Shown here: positions 38,509-49,315 of the stretch, piece after piece | How positions within the stretch are numbered: position 1 is the first letter of the stretch | Layout: every line of letters begins with the position of its first letter | From: Synechococcus sp. | GTDB taxonomy: Bacteria > Cyanobacteriota > Cyanobacteriia > PCC-6307 > Cyanobiaceae | Reading direction: 5' to 3' | NCBI GenBank assembly: GCA_047285535.1 | Contig: JBJBDC010000001.1 | Coordinates: 2,432,136 to 2,496,135 of the forward strand | DNA: 64,000 nt | Translations under genes and position numbers: made by a program | The notes under the pieces: model-generated | Seen by the model: only the letters and a program-made list of their open reading frames with translations | What the model was told of the DNA's origin: nothing | The model's database searches: none

Positions 38509-39027
38509 TGATCAAAAATTGATTGTCTTACTGATAGAGATCCAGCATGAGGTTTGGTGATTAAGTGATATAACTTATTGAAGTATTTTTGGTTTTGCTG
38601 ACTGATTGCCTGGACTTTCGTCGTGCGCTTGTGATTGGATGATTGTGTGCAATTGGGTACTGAATAAGTACGGCGGCAAATCACAAGGATTGGCTGGATA
38701 AGAGCAGTGTGAGCTTCTTTTGCACATTGTTTTTCGTTCAGCCCAAGGATGTGCTGAGACTGAATCTTGTCGATCTCTGGCTTGAGGAGATATTCTCACC
38801 TTGACCAGGGTTGTTTGTTTAACTTTCCTAGTCCGTCAAATTTTAAGGGTCTGCCTTGCTAGGCAGCGATGGGTGTTTTGAGTTGTGTAGGGTTTATGGC
38901 TCATCGAATGATCTCTAAGGCGGCGCAGGAGCGCGTGTGTATGTGCATCTGATGAAGCGAGTTGTTTGGCTTGAGGGGTAGCCATAAGGCACAGTTTCGT
39001 TAACGTTGATGGAGTGAATCCGGATCC

Positions 39028-39369
39028 ATGCACCAGCTTCACGATCTCAGGCTCCGCCTTTTGGTTCAGCAAGAAAGTGAGCGGATTGCTGATAGTCATA
39101 CAGAGGATCTTGATCTGTCTTTGGTGCAGGCCCGCTGCCTCTGCTGGCTCGCCTTGCTAGCTGAGGCACACGAAGATCAAGCCAGCGATGCTGAAAGACG
39201 GTGTGATACGGAGCAAGCGATGGGATGGTTCGCTGATTCCATGCGGATTCGGGATGCGATCCAGGTGGTGAGTTCCATTGAAATTCCACTGCCTGGGGCC
39301 ATGGGTGTGGATGTCAAAGAGGTTGGCGATCAGTCTGGGTTTGATCAGGACCCACCGCTGGCAGCCTGA
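39028..39369 (+). CDS. Hypothetical protein (probably picocyanobacterial core)
   Basis: Clean ORF with core-like GC, co-oriented with the next gene. Confidence 0.7.
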   Translation: MHQLHDLRLRLLVQQESERIADSHTEDLDLSLVQARCLCWLALLAEAHEDQASDAERRCDTEQAMGWFADSMRIRDAIQVVSSIEIPLPGAMGVDVKEVGDQSGFDQDPPLAA

Positions 39370-39396
39370 CAAGATGCCATGATGGTATTGATTTGA

Positions 39397-39867
39397 GTGA
39401 GAGGGTCTGCATTGCCTGAAGAGCCCTGTCAATGTCCTGACTGTCAACGCTTTTACCGAGAGCATGACCGCCTAATTCGAGAATCACCCACCCTGCGTCA
39501 ACAGCAGGAGTTGAGTTGGGCTGCCCTGCAAGCGTTTAGAACGTTGTCGGGTCGTGTTTTGGAAGATCTTCAAAAGCAGCATGGATCCCCCAGCGCTGAG
39601 GCTCAATCCCATGCCACTCCCATTGGTGGTGGAGACGAACCAGTCGATCCCATCCATCAAGCCATGGCAGACCTTGAAAACATTAATGCTCACTTATTTT
39701 CCATCGAAACGTTGATGGAACGTATTTTTGATGTGCGCGTTCCCGACGATATTGAACAGAAATTCCGTGAATTGGCTGGTGAGCTTGCACCAGACCCACT
39801 GAATGCCGATCGTCTTCGCTTGAATCGACTGTTACACCAAACCCCTGATCTGCCAGATCGTGGTTAA
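39397..39867 (+). CDS. Hypothetical protein with N-terminal CxCxxC
   Basis: PCQCPDCQRFYREHDRL; helical; core-like GC. Confidence 0.75.
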   Translation: MRGSALPEEPCQCPDCQRFYREHDRLIRESPTLRQQQELSWAALQAFRTLSGRVLEDLQKQHGSPSAEAQSHATPIGGGDEPVDPIHQAMADLENINAHLFSIETLMERIFDVRVPDDIEQKFRELAGELAPDPLNADRLRLNRLLHQTPDLPDRG

Positions 39868-40198
39868 TCCTAAACCAGGTTTGATTCATCAAGTCCTGGG
39901 TTGATCAATATTGACTTGAATACTATTTTGAAAGCAAATCTTGCTGGCCTAGGCGTATTTAGAGGGCGCTGATTTTATAAGTGCTTTAATGGTGATCTTG
40001 ATCTGCGGCGATCAAATAGCGTGCCTACATTTGCATGATTTCTGTTGATACGTTTCTGCTCAGTATGAATGAACCAGTGTGCGAAAAAAGACCTCCACAT
40101 GATCAAGGCTTCAAGAGTTTGCATCATAGAGGCCTAAGCTTTTTGACTTGAAGCAGCAGGCCTCAGCAACAGATCAATGAGGTTTCGTAAGAGGCCTA

Positions 40199-42721
40199 TC
40201 AGCGAACATCGCAGGTGATTTCAACAGGCATTGCCTCAACGTTCCAGATGTCGCGGCAGTAGTCACGGATGGAACGATCGGAGGAGAAGAAGCCACTTCT
40301 GGCGGTGTTCAAGACCGACATCCTGTTCCAGTGATGGCGATCAGTCCAAGCCAGGCTGACTGCATCTTGCGCACGCAGATAATCGGCGAAATCAGCCATC
40401 ACGAAGAAAGGATCATTGCCTGAGAGATTGTCGATGAGGGGGCGAAACAGCTCACCGTCTCCATTACTGAAGTGACCAATTTCCACCAGGCGGATCGCCT
40501 CGGCAAGCTCGGGTAGAGATTCAATCACTTCCCAAGGTCTGTAGCCACCTTGCTTCAAGGCAACAATCTCTTCAACGGTTTTACCGAACAAGAAGAAGTT
40601 TTCGGAACCAACATGTTCGCGGATCTCTACATTGGCTCCATCAAGGGTGCCAATCGTGAGGGCTCCATTCATGGCGAACTTCATGTTGCCGGTGCCCGAT
40701 GCTTCTTTGCCAGCCGTAGAAATCTGTTCGGATAGATCTGATGCTGGATAGACCTGTTCACCTAATTTGACGTTGTAGTCAGCGAGGAAGATCACCCGCA
40801 AGCGTCCATCCATGTCTGGATCGGCATTGATCGTTTCGGCAATCCCGTTGAGGAAGCGGATGATGAGCTTGGCCATGTAGTAGCCAGGTGCGGCCTTCCC
40901 TCCAAAAATGACTGTTCGCGGTGCCATGCCCGCGGCTTTTCCGTTCTTAATCCTGAGGTATTGGGTGATGACCTGAAGAGCATTGAGGTGCTGGCGTTTG
41001 TATTCATGTATGCGTTTCACCTGCACATCAAACAGACTGGAGGGATCCACCAAGACGCCAGTATTCCGGTGGATGTAATTCGATAGCTTGCGTTTCACAG
41101 AGAGCTTCGTGCTCTCCCAGTGATCTAAGAAGCCAGTGTCGCTCTGACGATCCTCAAGCTTGCGCAGGATCTCCATATTGGTGATCCAGTCAGGTCCAAC
41201 ATGTTCATCTAACAAGGTGGAGAGTTGAGGGTTGGATAGCGCGACCCAGCGACGTGGTGTGACGCCATTGGTCACATTGGTGAATTTTTCAGGCCAAAGC
41301 TCGGCGAACTCCGGCATCAGTTGGTCACGGACCAAATCGGAGTGGAGTGCGGCCACGCCATTCACGTGATGGGCGCCGATCGTGGCGAGATGGGCCATGC
41401 GGATGGCCTTGCCGCCTTCCTCATCAATGATCGAGAGTTTGCGCTGTATGGCCTCGTTGCCGGGATAGCGCAGGCGGACCTGCTGTAGGAAGCGTCGGTT
41501 GATTTCGTAAATCAGCTCTAAATGGCGCGGCAACAGACTCCCGAAGAGATTCAAATCCCACTTCTCGAGCGCCTCGGGAAGCAGGGTGTGGTTGGTGTAA
41601 GCGACGGAGCGTCTGGTGATGTCCCAGGCGTTGTCCCATTCGAAGTGGCGATCATCGATGAGCAGACGCATCAGCTCGGCTACGGCGATCGCGGGATGGG
41701 TGTCGTTGAGTTGGACGGTCCAGTAGTCAGGAAAGTCTTCAATAGCCAGCCCTCGATTGTCGAGGCTGCGCAGCATGTCTTGGAGAGAGCAGCTCACAAA
41801 GAAGTGCTGTTGTTTGAGTCGAAGGCGCCGACCCTCATCCGTTCCATCGTTGGGATACAGCACTTTGGAGAGGGTTTCGCTGCCCACCTTCTCTTCCACT
41901 GCCCCGTAGTAATCGCCAATGTTGAAGGCATAGAAATCGAAGCTCTCAGTTGCGTCTGCACGCCAGAGGCGCAGTCGGTCACAGGTGTTGACCCGGTAAC
42001 CGAGCACAGGCACGTCGTGAGGGACTCCAATGGCGTGATCGGAGGGAATCCAGCGTGAGCGGTAATTGCCTTTGTCGTCGCGATAACTCTCGGTGCGTCC
42101 ACCAAAACCAACAAAGCAAGCTTGATCCGGTTGGGGCAGTTCCCAGGGCCAACCACCCTTCAGCCATTTATCGGTGACCTCAACCTGCCAGCCATCACGG
42201 ATCAGTTGGTCAAAAATTCCAAATTCATAACGGATCCCGTATCCAGTTGCCGGAATCTGCAAACTCGCCAGTGATTCCATGTAGCAAGCTGCCAATCGAC
42301 CCAGGCCGCCATTGCCCAGTCCAGGCTCTTCTTCGACTTCGATGATCTGCTGAAGGGATTCAATGCCAAAACGTTTGACTGCTTCTTCGGCCCCCTTCTG
42401 CATGCCCAGATTGAGCAAGTTATTCGCAAGTTGCGGTCCGATGAGGAATTCAGCTGATAAGTAGGCAACTGTTTTTTGCGGTCTGGCTCGAATCGCTTCC
42501 AGGCTGGCTAGGTAACGGGTCATCAGCCGATCACGCACGGCATAGCTCAAGGCCATGTAGAGGTCGTGACGGCTGGCAGAGGGGGCAAGCTTGCCAAGTG
42601 TGAAAAACAGGTGTTCGGTCATGCCATCGAACACGTCATCCGCATCCAATCCGGCTCGCTCTGGGTCGGCGTAGCAGCCAGGGGTTGGAAGGCGAAGATC
42701 GAGGGGTTCTGAGCTGCTCAT
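40199..42721 (-). CDS. glgP: Glycogen/starch phosphorylase
   Basis: GLGNGGLGRLAAC, QLNDTHP, KRIHEYKRQ and EASGTGNMKF (PLP lysine). Start set at MSSSEP. Confidence 0.98.
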   Translation of the reverse strand: MSSSEPLDLRLPTPGCYADPERAGLDADDVFDGMTEHLFFTLGKLAPSASRHDLYMALSYAVRDRLMTRYLASLEAIRARPQKTVAYLSAEFLIGPQLANNLLNLGMQKGAEEAVKRFGIESLQQIIEVEEEPGLGNGGLGRLAACYMESLASLQIPATGYGIRYEFGIFDQLIRDGWQVEVTDKWLKGGWPWELPQPDQACFVGFGGRTESYRDDKGNYRSRWIPSDHAIGVPHDVPVLGYRVNTCDRLRLWRADATESFDFYAFNIGDYYGAVEEKVGSETLSKVLYPNDGTDEGRRLRLKQQHFFVSCSLQDMLRSLDNRGLAIEDFPDYWTVQLNDTHPAIAVAELMRLLIDDRHFEWDNAWDITRRSVAYTNHTLLPEALEKWDLNLFGSLLPRHLELIYEINRRFLQQVRLRYPGNEAIQRKLSIIDEEGGKAIRMAHLATIGAHHVNGVAALHSDLVRDQLMPEFAELWPEKFTNVTNGVTPRRWVALSNPQLSTLLDEHVGPDWITNMEILRKLEDRQSDTGFLDHWESTKLSVKRKLSNYIHRNTGVLVDPSSLFDVQVKRIHEYKRQHLNALQVITQYLRIKNGKAAGMAPRTVIFGGKAAPGYYMAKLIIRFLNGIAETINADPDMDGRLRVIFLADYNVKLGEQVYPASDLSEQISTAGKEASGTGNMKFAMNGALTIGTLDGANVEIREHVGSENFFLFGKTVEEIVALKQGGYRPWEVIESLPELAEAIRLVEIGHFSNGDGELFRPLIDNLSGNDPFFVMADFADYLRAQDAVSLAWTDRHHWNRMSVLNTARSGFFSSDRSIRDYCRDIWNVEAMPVEITCDVR

Positions 42722-42972
42722 TGAGAGGAAGATATGGCGTTTGCTTTTTGGTTTCCAGACAGTTTGATGCGGTTGGGCCAAGAAAGCCTTGAAAGGTGCA
42801 GGAACTGTGACCGAGCCTTCTTGGTTAGTGGTTGCTTCCTGGATCTTGAAACCTTGCTTCAAGTCCTCATTGCCTGGCCATGAAGCCCTCAGGTTTTGTT
42901 GTCAAGAGCAAGCCGGCGTTCGCAATGTGCGGCCTGAAAACCCATTTGCCTTTATGGTCCCGCTGAGAAATC

Positions 42973-44379
42973 ATGCCGATTCTGATGCTCGCCGTTGCGA
43001 TGCCACCTTTCTTATTGCCGTTGATGGGAGAAATGTCTGCCCACGATCTCGAGATGGCTGGGACCCTGATTGGGGTTGGCCGATTCATGTTGATCTTTGT
43101 GGCGGCGCGTGCCCTAGCCGAAGTGCTGGTTCGCTTTCAGCTCCCCACAATTTTGGGTGAGCTTTTGGCTGGAGTGCTCATCGGCGCGTCTGGTCTTCAT
43201 CTATTGGTGCCGCCTGAAACCCAAGTTGAGCTCAGCAATGGCTTGGTGACTGTGTTGAGTTCCTTGGGCAATATCCCGCCCGAATCTGTCAACGAGCTCT
43301 ACAAGGAGAGCTTTCCTTCCTTGGAGGCAGTGGCACAGCTGGGACTCTTCGCTCTGTTGTTCCTGACGGGGTTGGAGAGTGAGCTCGATGAGCTCATCGC
43401 GGTTGGCACTCAGGCTTTCACGGTTGCTGTTGCAGGAGTGGTGCTGCCTTTTGCTCTCGGGACTTGGGGCCTGATGGCCATCTTCCATGTGGGGGCCATT
43501 CCAGCAATTTTTGCGGGTGCATCGATGACGGCAACCAGCATTGGAATTACCGCCAGTGTGTTTGGAGAACTCGGTTACTTGAAAACCCGTGAGGGACAAA
43601 TCGTGATCGGTGCTGCTGTTCTTGATGACATCCTCGGCATTGTGATCTTGGCGGTGGTGGTGGCCTTGGCTTCAGGCGGCAACCTTGAAATCGGACCGAT
43701 TGTGAAGTTGGTTGCAGCAGCAGCAGTCTTTGTTGTTGCTGCGATTGGTCTGAGTCGGTCTGCCGCACCGGCATTTGACTGGCTGATCGACAAGCTCAAA
43801 GCACCCGGTGAGGTGCTTGTCGCGTCGTTTGTGATTCTTGCGCTCAGTTGCTTCACCGCTACAGCGATCGGACTCGAGGCTGCTCTGGGTGCCTTCGCTG
43901 CCGGCCTCATCCTGAGTAGTTCCAAGCACAATCACGCCATTCAGCAGGCCGTTCTGCCGATCGTGACTCTCTTCGCCACAATTTTCTTTGTGCTGGTGGG
44001 AGCCGGTATGGATCTATCCGTGATTAATCCTTCCGATCCTTCCAGTCGCACAGCCTTGATCATCGCAGCCTTCCTTTTTGTGATTGCGATCATCGGAAAG
44101 ATTGCCGCTGGTTGGGCCTTTGTCAGTAAGCAACCCACCCGTCGTCTGGTGGTTGGTCTTGGAATGATGCCTCGTGGAGAAGTGGGTTTGATTTTCCTTG
44201 GCCTTGGTACTAGTGCCAAACTCCTCTCGCCATCTCTGGAAGCTGCCATTTTGATCATGGTGATCGGAACAACTTTCCTGGCACCGGTGCTGCTCAGATT
44301 GGTTATTGGTGGGGACAAGCCCGATGATGACGACAAGGTCAAGAGCGAAGTTGCGGCTGATCCCATTGGTTTGATCTAA
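42973..44379 (+). CDS. nhaS3: CPA2-family Na+/H+ antiporter (NhaS3-like)
   Basis: TATSIGIT, AAVLDDILG and GMMPRGEVGL motifs. Confidence 0.9.
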   Translation: MPILMLAVAMPPFLLPLMGEMSAHDLEMAGTLIGVGRFMLIFVAARALAEVLVRFQLPTILGELLAGVLIGASGLHLLVPPETQVELSNGLVTVLSSLGNIPPESVNELYKESFPSLEAVAQLGLFALLFLTGLESELDELIAVGTQAFTVAVAGVVLPFALGTWGLMAIFHVGAIPAIFAGASMTATSIGITASVFGELGYLKTREGQIVIGAAVLDDILGIVILAVVVALASGGNLEIGPIVKLVAAAAVFVVAAIGLSRSAAPAFDWLIDKLKAPGEVLVASFVILALSCFTATAIGLEAALGAFAAGLILSSSKHNHAIQQAVLPIVTLFATIFFVLVGAGMDLSVINPSDPSSRTALIIAAFLFVIAIIGKIAAGWAFVSKQPTRRLVVGLGMMPRGEVGLIFLGLGTSAKLLSPSLEAAILIMVIGTTFLAPVLLRLVIGGDKPDDDDKVKSEVAADPIGLI

Positions 44380-44402
44380 GTCCAGTTGATCGCCTTTTGG
44401 GG

Positions 44403-44717
44403 TTAGTTCTCCTGCCTGCCCGCGATAACGAGAAACAAACTCCAGCCAATGGTGATCCAAGCCAAACTGGAAGCCCATCCAGGGCCCAGGGCCCTGGCCA
44501 GAGCGAGTTGGGTCATCACTCCCACCGCAAGAGCGAGTAAGAGGCTGCTGATGACCAAAGCGGCCTGGCGCCAGGCTCCACTTAGAGGCCCCTCCTTCAA
44601 GCTTGCTTCCAGCCGTTCAAGTGGAACGCTCAAGGGCAGATAGAGGGCGAGGGCCCAAAACAACCCCCCGCTCAAGGTGCTGCGTTGCAGCAGTGGACCC
44701 ATCTCGAATGTATCCAT
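44403..44717 (-). CDS. Small membrane protein
   Basis: Three TMs; FWALALY...LGPGWASS pattern. Confidence 0.7.
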   Translation of the reverse strand: MDTFEMGPLLQRSTLSGGLFWALALYLPLSVPLERLEASLKEGPLSGAWRQAALVISSLLLALAVGVMTQLALARALGPGWASSLAWITIGWSLFLVIAGRQEN

Positions 44718-44787
44718 CGTTTGGAGTCGCCTAGCGCTGCAGAGGGTTGAAAAGGATGCCTAGCATCCGCTCCTAACGAGTTGGAGT

Positions 44788-45678
44788 GTGGTGGGAGAGA
44801 GTTGGTGGCACTTTCAGGACCATGCGGTGCATGGTCTTTGCCGAGCTCCAGAGACGGGAGAGGCTTTGGTCCGTGCCAAAACGAGACCAGCGGTGCTGCT
44901 TGTTCATGGCTTTGGTGCTTCAACCGACCATTGGCGCCATAACATCCCAGTACTGGCAAACACGTATGAAGTGCATGCCATTGATTTACTTGGTTTCGGT
45001 CGCAGTGCCAAGCCAGAAGGGCTCTGTTATGGAGGCCCTCTGTGGCGTGACCAGTTGGTGAGCTATGTCCAGGAGCGCATTGGCCGCCCAACGGTGATCG
45101 CTGGAAATTCCCTTGGGGGGTTTGCCGCTCTGGCGGCTGGTGCTGCTTTGAAAGACCAGTCGGCAGGAGTGGTGCTGCTGAACGCTGCGGGTCCTTTTAG
45201 TGATGAACAGCGATCGTCACCGACTGGCTGGGCAGCGATTGCGCGACGGACCATTGGTTCCGCCTTGCTAAGAAGCGCAGTGGTGCAACGCCTGTTGTTT
45301 GAAAATTTGCGCCGGCCTGCCACGATTCGTCGCACATTGAATCAGGTGTACATCGATCGCACCAATGTCGATGACGCCTTGGTGGAGTCCATACGCGTGC
45401 CTTCGCTGGATCCAGGGGCCTTCGGGGTTTTTCGTACCGTCTTTGATATTCCAAGAGGTCAACCTCTGGATGAGTTGTTTGCCCAGTTGCAAGCCCCCCT
45501 GTTCCTGCTTTGGGGGATTCGTGATCCCTGGATCAATGCAGCAGGACGTCGCGCAAGCTTTCAGCGCCATGCTCCGGAGAACACCCATGAAGTGGTCCTA
45601 GAGGCCGGTCATTGCCCCCATGATGAAGTTCCCGATCAGGTGAATCAGGCCTTACTCGATTGGCTGGCTGCTCTATGA
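44788..45678 (+). CDS. Alpha/beta hydrolase
   Basis: [14 protein letters not shown] nucleophile elbow, GHCPHDE. Confidence 0.95.
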   Translation: MVGESWWHFQDHAVHGLCRAPETGEALVRAKTRPAVLLVHGFGASTDHWRHNIPVLANTYEVHAIDLLGFGRSAKPEGLCYGGPLWRDQLVSYVQERIGRPTVIAGNSLGGFAALAAGAALKDQSAGVVLLNAAGPFSDEQRSSPTGWAAIARRTIGSALLRSAVVQRLLFENLRRPATIRRTLNQVYIDRTNVDDALVESIRVPSLDPGAFGVFRTVFDIPRGQPLDELFAQLQAPLFLLWGIRDPWINAAGRRASFQRHAPENTHEVVLEAGHCPHDEVPDQVNQALLDWLAAL

Positions 45679-45761
45679 AGCTGAGGGAACGTTCGGTTGA
45701 TCCCGTTAGAGATTTCTTTGGATCTTTACCCTTCGAGGACACTGAAGAAACTCGCGGGTGA

Positions 45762-46622
45762 ATGGCCATGACGCTTCGTCAATTATCGGCGCCTTATGCC
45801 CACTGGGAATACGTTCATCCCCAGACCGGAGATTGCTTGCGCCTTGTGCCCGAGCGCGGCGGATTGGTCACTGAATGGCTCTGCAATGGCAGGGATATTC
45901 TTTATTTTGACGCTTCGCGTTTCGCAGATCCAACCAAGAGCATCCGTGGTGGGATCCCTGTCTTGTTTCCCATTTGCGGCAACCTGCCTGGCGACCGACT
46001 GGCCTTGGCGAGCTGTGAGACCACCCTCAAACAACATGGATTTGCTCGCGACTTGCCCTGGCAGTTGACTTTGCTTGATGACCAGAGCGGAGTGTGCCTT
46101 TGCTTGAAGGACACTGAGGAGACCAGGATGCATTACCCCTTCCGCTTTCGGGTCGAGATGGTGGTCCGTCCAGTGAGTGGAGCGCTGGAGATCAGCATCA
46201 CGATTGGTAATGCCAACGATGGCGGTGAGCCGATGCCGTTCAGCTTTGGTCTGCATCCTTACTTCAAGGTGACGGATTTAGACAGCACGCGCATTGAGGG
46301 CCTGGCACCCACTTGCTTCAACCATCTCGACATGGCAACCACTGAGACCTTGGGGCAATTGAGTCGATTACCCGAAGGAGTGGACTTTTTAACCCGGCCG
46401 GCTGGACCTGTCTCCCTGGTGGATGAGGCAGCGGGCACACGCGTGCAGCTCCAGCATCAAGCCCCTATGGATCTCACTGTTGTTTGGACCGACCCTCCTC
46501 GCGCCATGGTTTGCCTAGAGCCCTGGACTGGACCTCGTCAGTCTTTGATCAGTGGTGATCGCAAGCTGATGCTGACTCCTGGCGAGAGTCTTCAGCTGAG
46601 CTGTCGCTATGTGGCGAGTTAA
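45762..46622 (+). CDS. Galactose mutarotase / aldose 1-epimerase family protein
   Basis: RGGIPVLFP, HGFAR, GLHPYF and CLEPW motifs. Confidence 0.93.
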   Translation: MAMTLRQLSAPYAHWEYVHPQTGDCLRLVPERGGLVTEWLCNGRDILYFDASRFADPTKSIRGGIPVLFPICGNLPGDRLALASCETTLKQHGFARDLPWQLTLLDDQSGVCLCLKDTEETRMHYPFRFRVEMVVRPVSGALEISITIGNANDGGEPMPFSFGLHPYFKVTDLDSTRIEGLAPTCFNHLDMATTETLGQLSRLPEGVDFLTRPAGPVSLVDEAAGTRVQLQHQAPMDLTVVWTDPPRAMVCLEPWTGPRQSLISGDRKLMLTPGESLQLSCRYVAS

Positions 46623-46643
46623 GGAGCAATCTTCCCATTGGAG

Positions 46644-47843
46644 TCAGTCGTGGGGCGCTGCCACGCCTGGAAGCCTTCCTCTGGAGAGTTGTCCTTTGGG
46701 GTCAAACTGTCGTTTCACCGCTTCGATCAGGGGGCGAGAGGGGGCATCCAGCCAGGCCGGTAGCGACCCTGGCTGGATGAGCACGGTGAGCTGACCACCT
46801 AACGCCATCACCAATCTCCGCAGAGCCTCGATTTTGTACTCCTCCGTCGGAGAACCGCAGGACTGCCAGACTTCGCCGCTTCCGGCTCCAGCGGCGAGCT
46901 GCCAATGCCAATCCTTGAGAGCAGCGCATTCTGTTGAGCTGAGCAAGGGCTGGAGCTGGGCGGGCGGTAGGCAGAGGCGTAGCAGCCAATGCGGTTCTCC
47001 ACTCGTGGACGATCCTTCAGGGATGGGGTCATTCCAGGGCAGTCGTTTCTGATTCAGCTGATGCTGGGAGGCCAGTGCCTCGAGCCTGTTGAGTTGGTCC
47101 TCCACCGCACAATCACTGATGCTTGCTACACCCAGAGCAATTCGTGAACCGTGTTCAGGGCTGAGTTCCCAGTCAATCCAGTCTGGCGTGAAGCTGCTGC
47201 CAACAACCTCGGCTCGGAATGCTTCGAGATGCTCGAAGTCGCCATCGAGGATGAGCTGACCACGGGGTTGACGAATCGGTTGCACCCGCAAGGTAAGACC
47301 GGTGATCAGGGCGAGACTGCCCCAGCTGCCGCAGAGCAGGCGCATCAGGTCATAGCCCGCAACGTTTTTCACCACCCGGCCGCCGGCGCGAGCGCTGACT
47401 CCATCCGTGCGGATCAAACTGATACCGATGATCTGGTCACGTACCCCTAAATGTCGCTGGCGTAAGCCCCCGGACAGCCCCCTGGCAACTAGTCCGCCGA
47501 TCGTGCCAGACGATTGTGGTGATGTCGCGGCACGGCCCCAGGGCCAGTTGAGTGGCAGCCATTGATGGTGTTCTGCCAGGGCCTCCTGGAGGACTGCCAG
47601 GGACATCCCCGCATCCACCGTGATGGTGAGGTCGTCCACTGCGTGATCGACGATTCTGTTGAGATGGCGCATGCTCACCACCGGCCCTGAATCCTGGAGT
47701 GGAGCTCCCCAGTGCAAACGGCTGCCCAAGCCCGAAGGGGCCCACGGCCGACCTTCAGCATGCAAGTCGCTGATGAGGTGGCCCAGCTCCTCAAGAGAAT
47801 TCGGTGCTATCACCGCCGTAGAGAGAATCCCTTGTTCAGCCAC
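46644..47843 (-). CDS. glcE: Glycolate oxidase FAD-binding subunit
   Basis: GTIGG, GGRVVKNVAGYDL and KRQFDP motifs; glcF nearby. Confidence 0.88.
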   Translation of the reverse strand: MAEQGILSTAVIAPNSLEELGHLISDLHAEGRPWAPSGLGSRLHWGAPLQDSGPVVSMRHLNRIVDHAVDDLTITVDAGMSLAVLQEALAEHHQWLPLNWPWGRAATSPQSSGTIGGLVARGLSGGLRQRHLGVRDQIIGISLIRTDGVSARAGGRVVKNVAGYDLMRLLCGSWGSLALITGLTLRVQPIRQPRGQLILDGDFEHLEAFRAEVVGSSFTPDWIDWELSPEHGSRIALGVASISDCAVEDQLNRLEALASQHQLNQKRLPWNDPIPEGSSTSGEPHWLLRLCLPPAQLQPLLSSTECAALKDWHWQLAAGAGSGEVWQSCGSPTEEYKIEALRRLVMALGGQLTVLIQPGSLPAWLDAPSRPLIEAVKRQFDPKGQLSRGRLPGVAAPHD

Positions 47844-47884
47844 GTGAGCGAAGAGGCCAGATCAGAACACAAGACGATCGTGCC

Positions 47885-49315
47885 ATGAAGATCGTTGTGA
47901 TCGACGACGATCCCACCGGTTCTCAAACGGTGCATAGTTGTCCGCTCCTGTTGCGTTGGGATGTAGAGGCGTTGCGTCGGGGTTTGAGACACCCATCGCC
48001 ACTGCTGTTCGTGTTGTCAAACACTCGGGCCTTGACGCCTGAGGCCGCGGCGACCCGCAACCGCGAGATTGTCCAAGCCCTGGTGCTGGCCATGACTGCT
48101 GAAGGCATTCAAGAGGATGAACTGCAGCTGGTCAGCCGAGGTGATTCCACATTGCGTGGTCATGGTGTGCTCGAACCACAGGTGCTTGCGGAGGCATGGG
48201 AGGAGTGCTTTGGAGCCGTGGATGCCACCTTGCATGTGCCTGCATTTTTAGAGGGAGGGCGTACCACAGTGAATGGGGTTCATCTCCTCCATGGTGAGCC
48301 AGTCCACACCACAGCCTTTGCGTGTGATCGCCTCTTTGGTTACAGCACCAGTGATCTGGCGGAGTGGCTCGACGACAAGAGCAGCGGGCGGATTGCAGCC
48401 GCGTCAGTGCAAAGGCTGACTTTCGATCGCTTGGAGCAGGCACGTTTGGCTGAGCTTGTCGCCTGGTTAGAGGCTCTGGAAGGTAATCAGCCCGTGGTGG
48501 TGGATGCGTTGGAGCCGGAGCATCTCCGGGTGCTGGGAGCGGGGATCTGGATGCTGCAGGGGCACAAGCGCTTTTTATTTCGTTCGGCGGCGAGTTTGCT
48601 CAATGGGCTAGTGGATTCAGGCCCGTCGCCTTTGGGACCACAGCCCCTTGATGCCCCGGGCCTGGTGCGCATGCGCAGGTTCGATCCCGATGGTCACCCA
48701 CTCCCTGGGTTGGTCGTCGTGGGATCCCACGTGCCGATGGCTGATCAGCAGTTGAAATCTCTGCTGGCAAATCAGCGTTGCCGTGGAATTGAGTTGCCGG
48801 TCGCACGCATTTCCCGAGTGCTGGAAGGTGGGTCCCCTGACCTTCTTTTGTCTGATTTGGAGGATGAATGGCTGCTTCAGCTTCAGCTGGCGCTGCAGGC
48901 AGGACTCACTCCGGTGCTGTTTACGAGCCGTGGGGAGTTGACTTTTGGATCTGGTGAGGCGGCATCTGAGCGGCGGCTGCGCTTTGGACGGGAGTTGGCA
49001 TCGCTCATGGCTCGTTTGGTGGCCTCCGTGGCACCGGGGCTTGGTTACCTGATCAGCAAAGGAGGTATCACCACAGGCACCCTGCTGCTAGAGGGTCTGG
49101 GCCAAGACGCCGTGCATTTGGAAGGTCAACTCTTGCCAGGTTTGTCTCTGGTGAGGCCCATGATTTCTTCTGATCAAACTCAAGAGTCCGCTCCATCCCT
49201 TCCTGTCATTACGTTCCCGGGCAATCTTGGTGAACCTGACACCCTGACTCAGGTTTGGTGCTGGTTTGAAGGGTTGGATCTACAAGCCAACGGCAGTCAT
49301 CAGTCCGTTCTTTGA
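47885..49315 (+). CDS. Four-carbon acid sugar kinase family (DUF1537) protein
   Basis: VVIDDDPTG, SRGDSTLRGH, SKGGIT and FPGNLG motifs. Confidence 0.93.
   Translation: MKIVVIDDDPTGSQTVHSCPLLLRWDVEALRRGLRHPSPLLFVLSNTRALTPEAAATRNREIVQALVLAMTAEGIQEDELQLVSRGDSTLRGHGVLEPQVLAEAWEECFGAVDATLHVPAFLEGGRTTVNGVHLLHGEPVHTTAFACDRLFGYSTSDLAEWLDDKSSGRIAAASVQRLTFDRLEQARLAELVAWLEALEGNQPVVVDALEPEHLRVLGAGIWMLQGHKRFLFRSAASLLNGLVDSGPSPLGPQPLDAPGLVRMRRFDPDGHPLPGLVVVGSHVPMADQQLKSLLANQRCRGIELPVARISRVLEGGSPDLLLSDLEDEWLLQLQLALQAGLTPVLFTSRGELTFGSGEAASERRLRFGRELASLMARLVASVAPGLGYLISKGGITTGTLLLEGLGQDAVHLEGQLLPGLSLVRPMISSDQTQESAPSLPVITFPGNLGEPDTLTQVWCWFEGLDLQANGSHQSVL

Larger units (their letters stand above)
14191..38520. 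mobile_element. Genomic island downstream of tRNA-Arg
   Basis: Starts at a tRNA 3' end. AT-richer than flanks, with hypothetical genes, gene remnants, repeats, and defence-like and surface genes. No intact integrase or attR seen. Right boundary approximate. Confidence 0.75.
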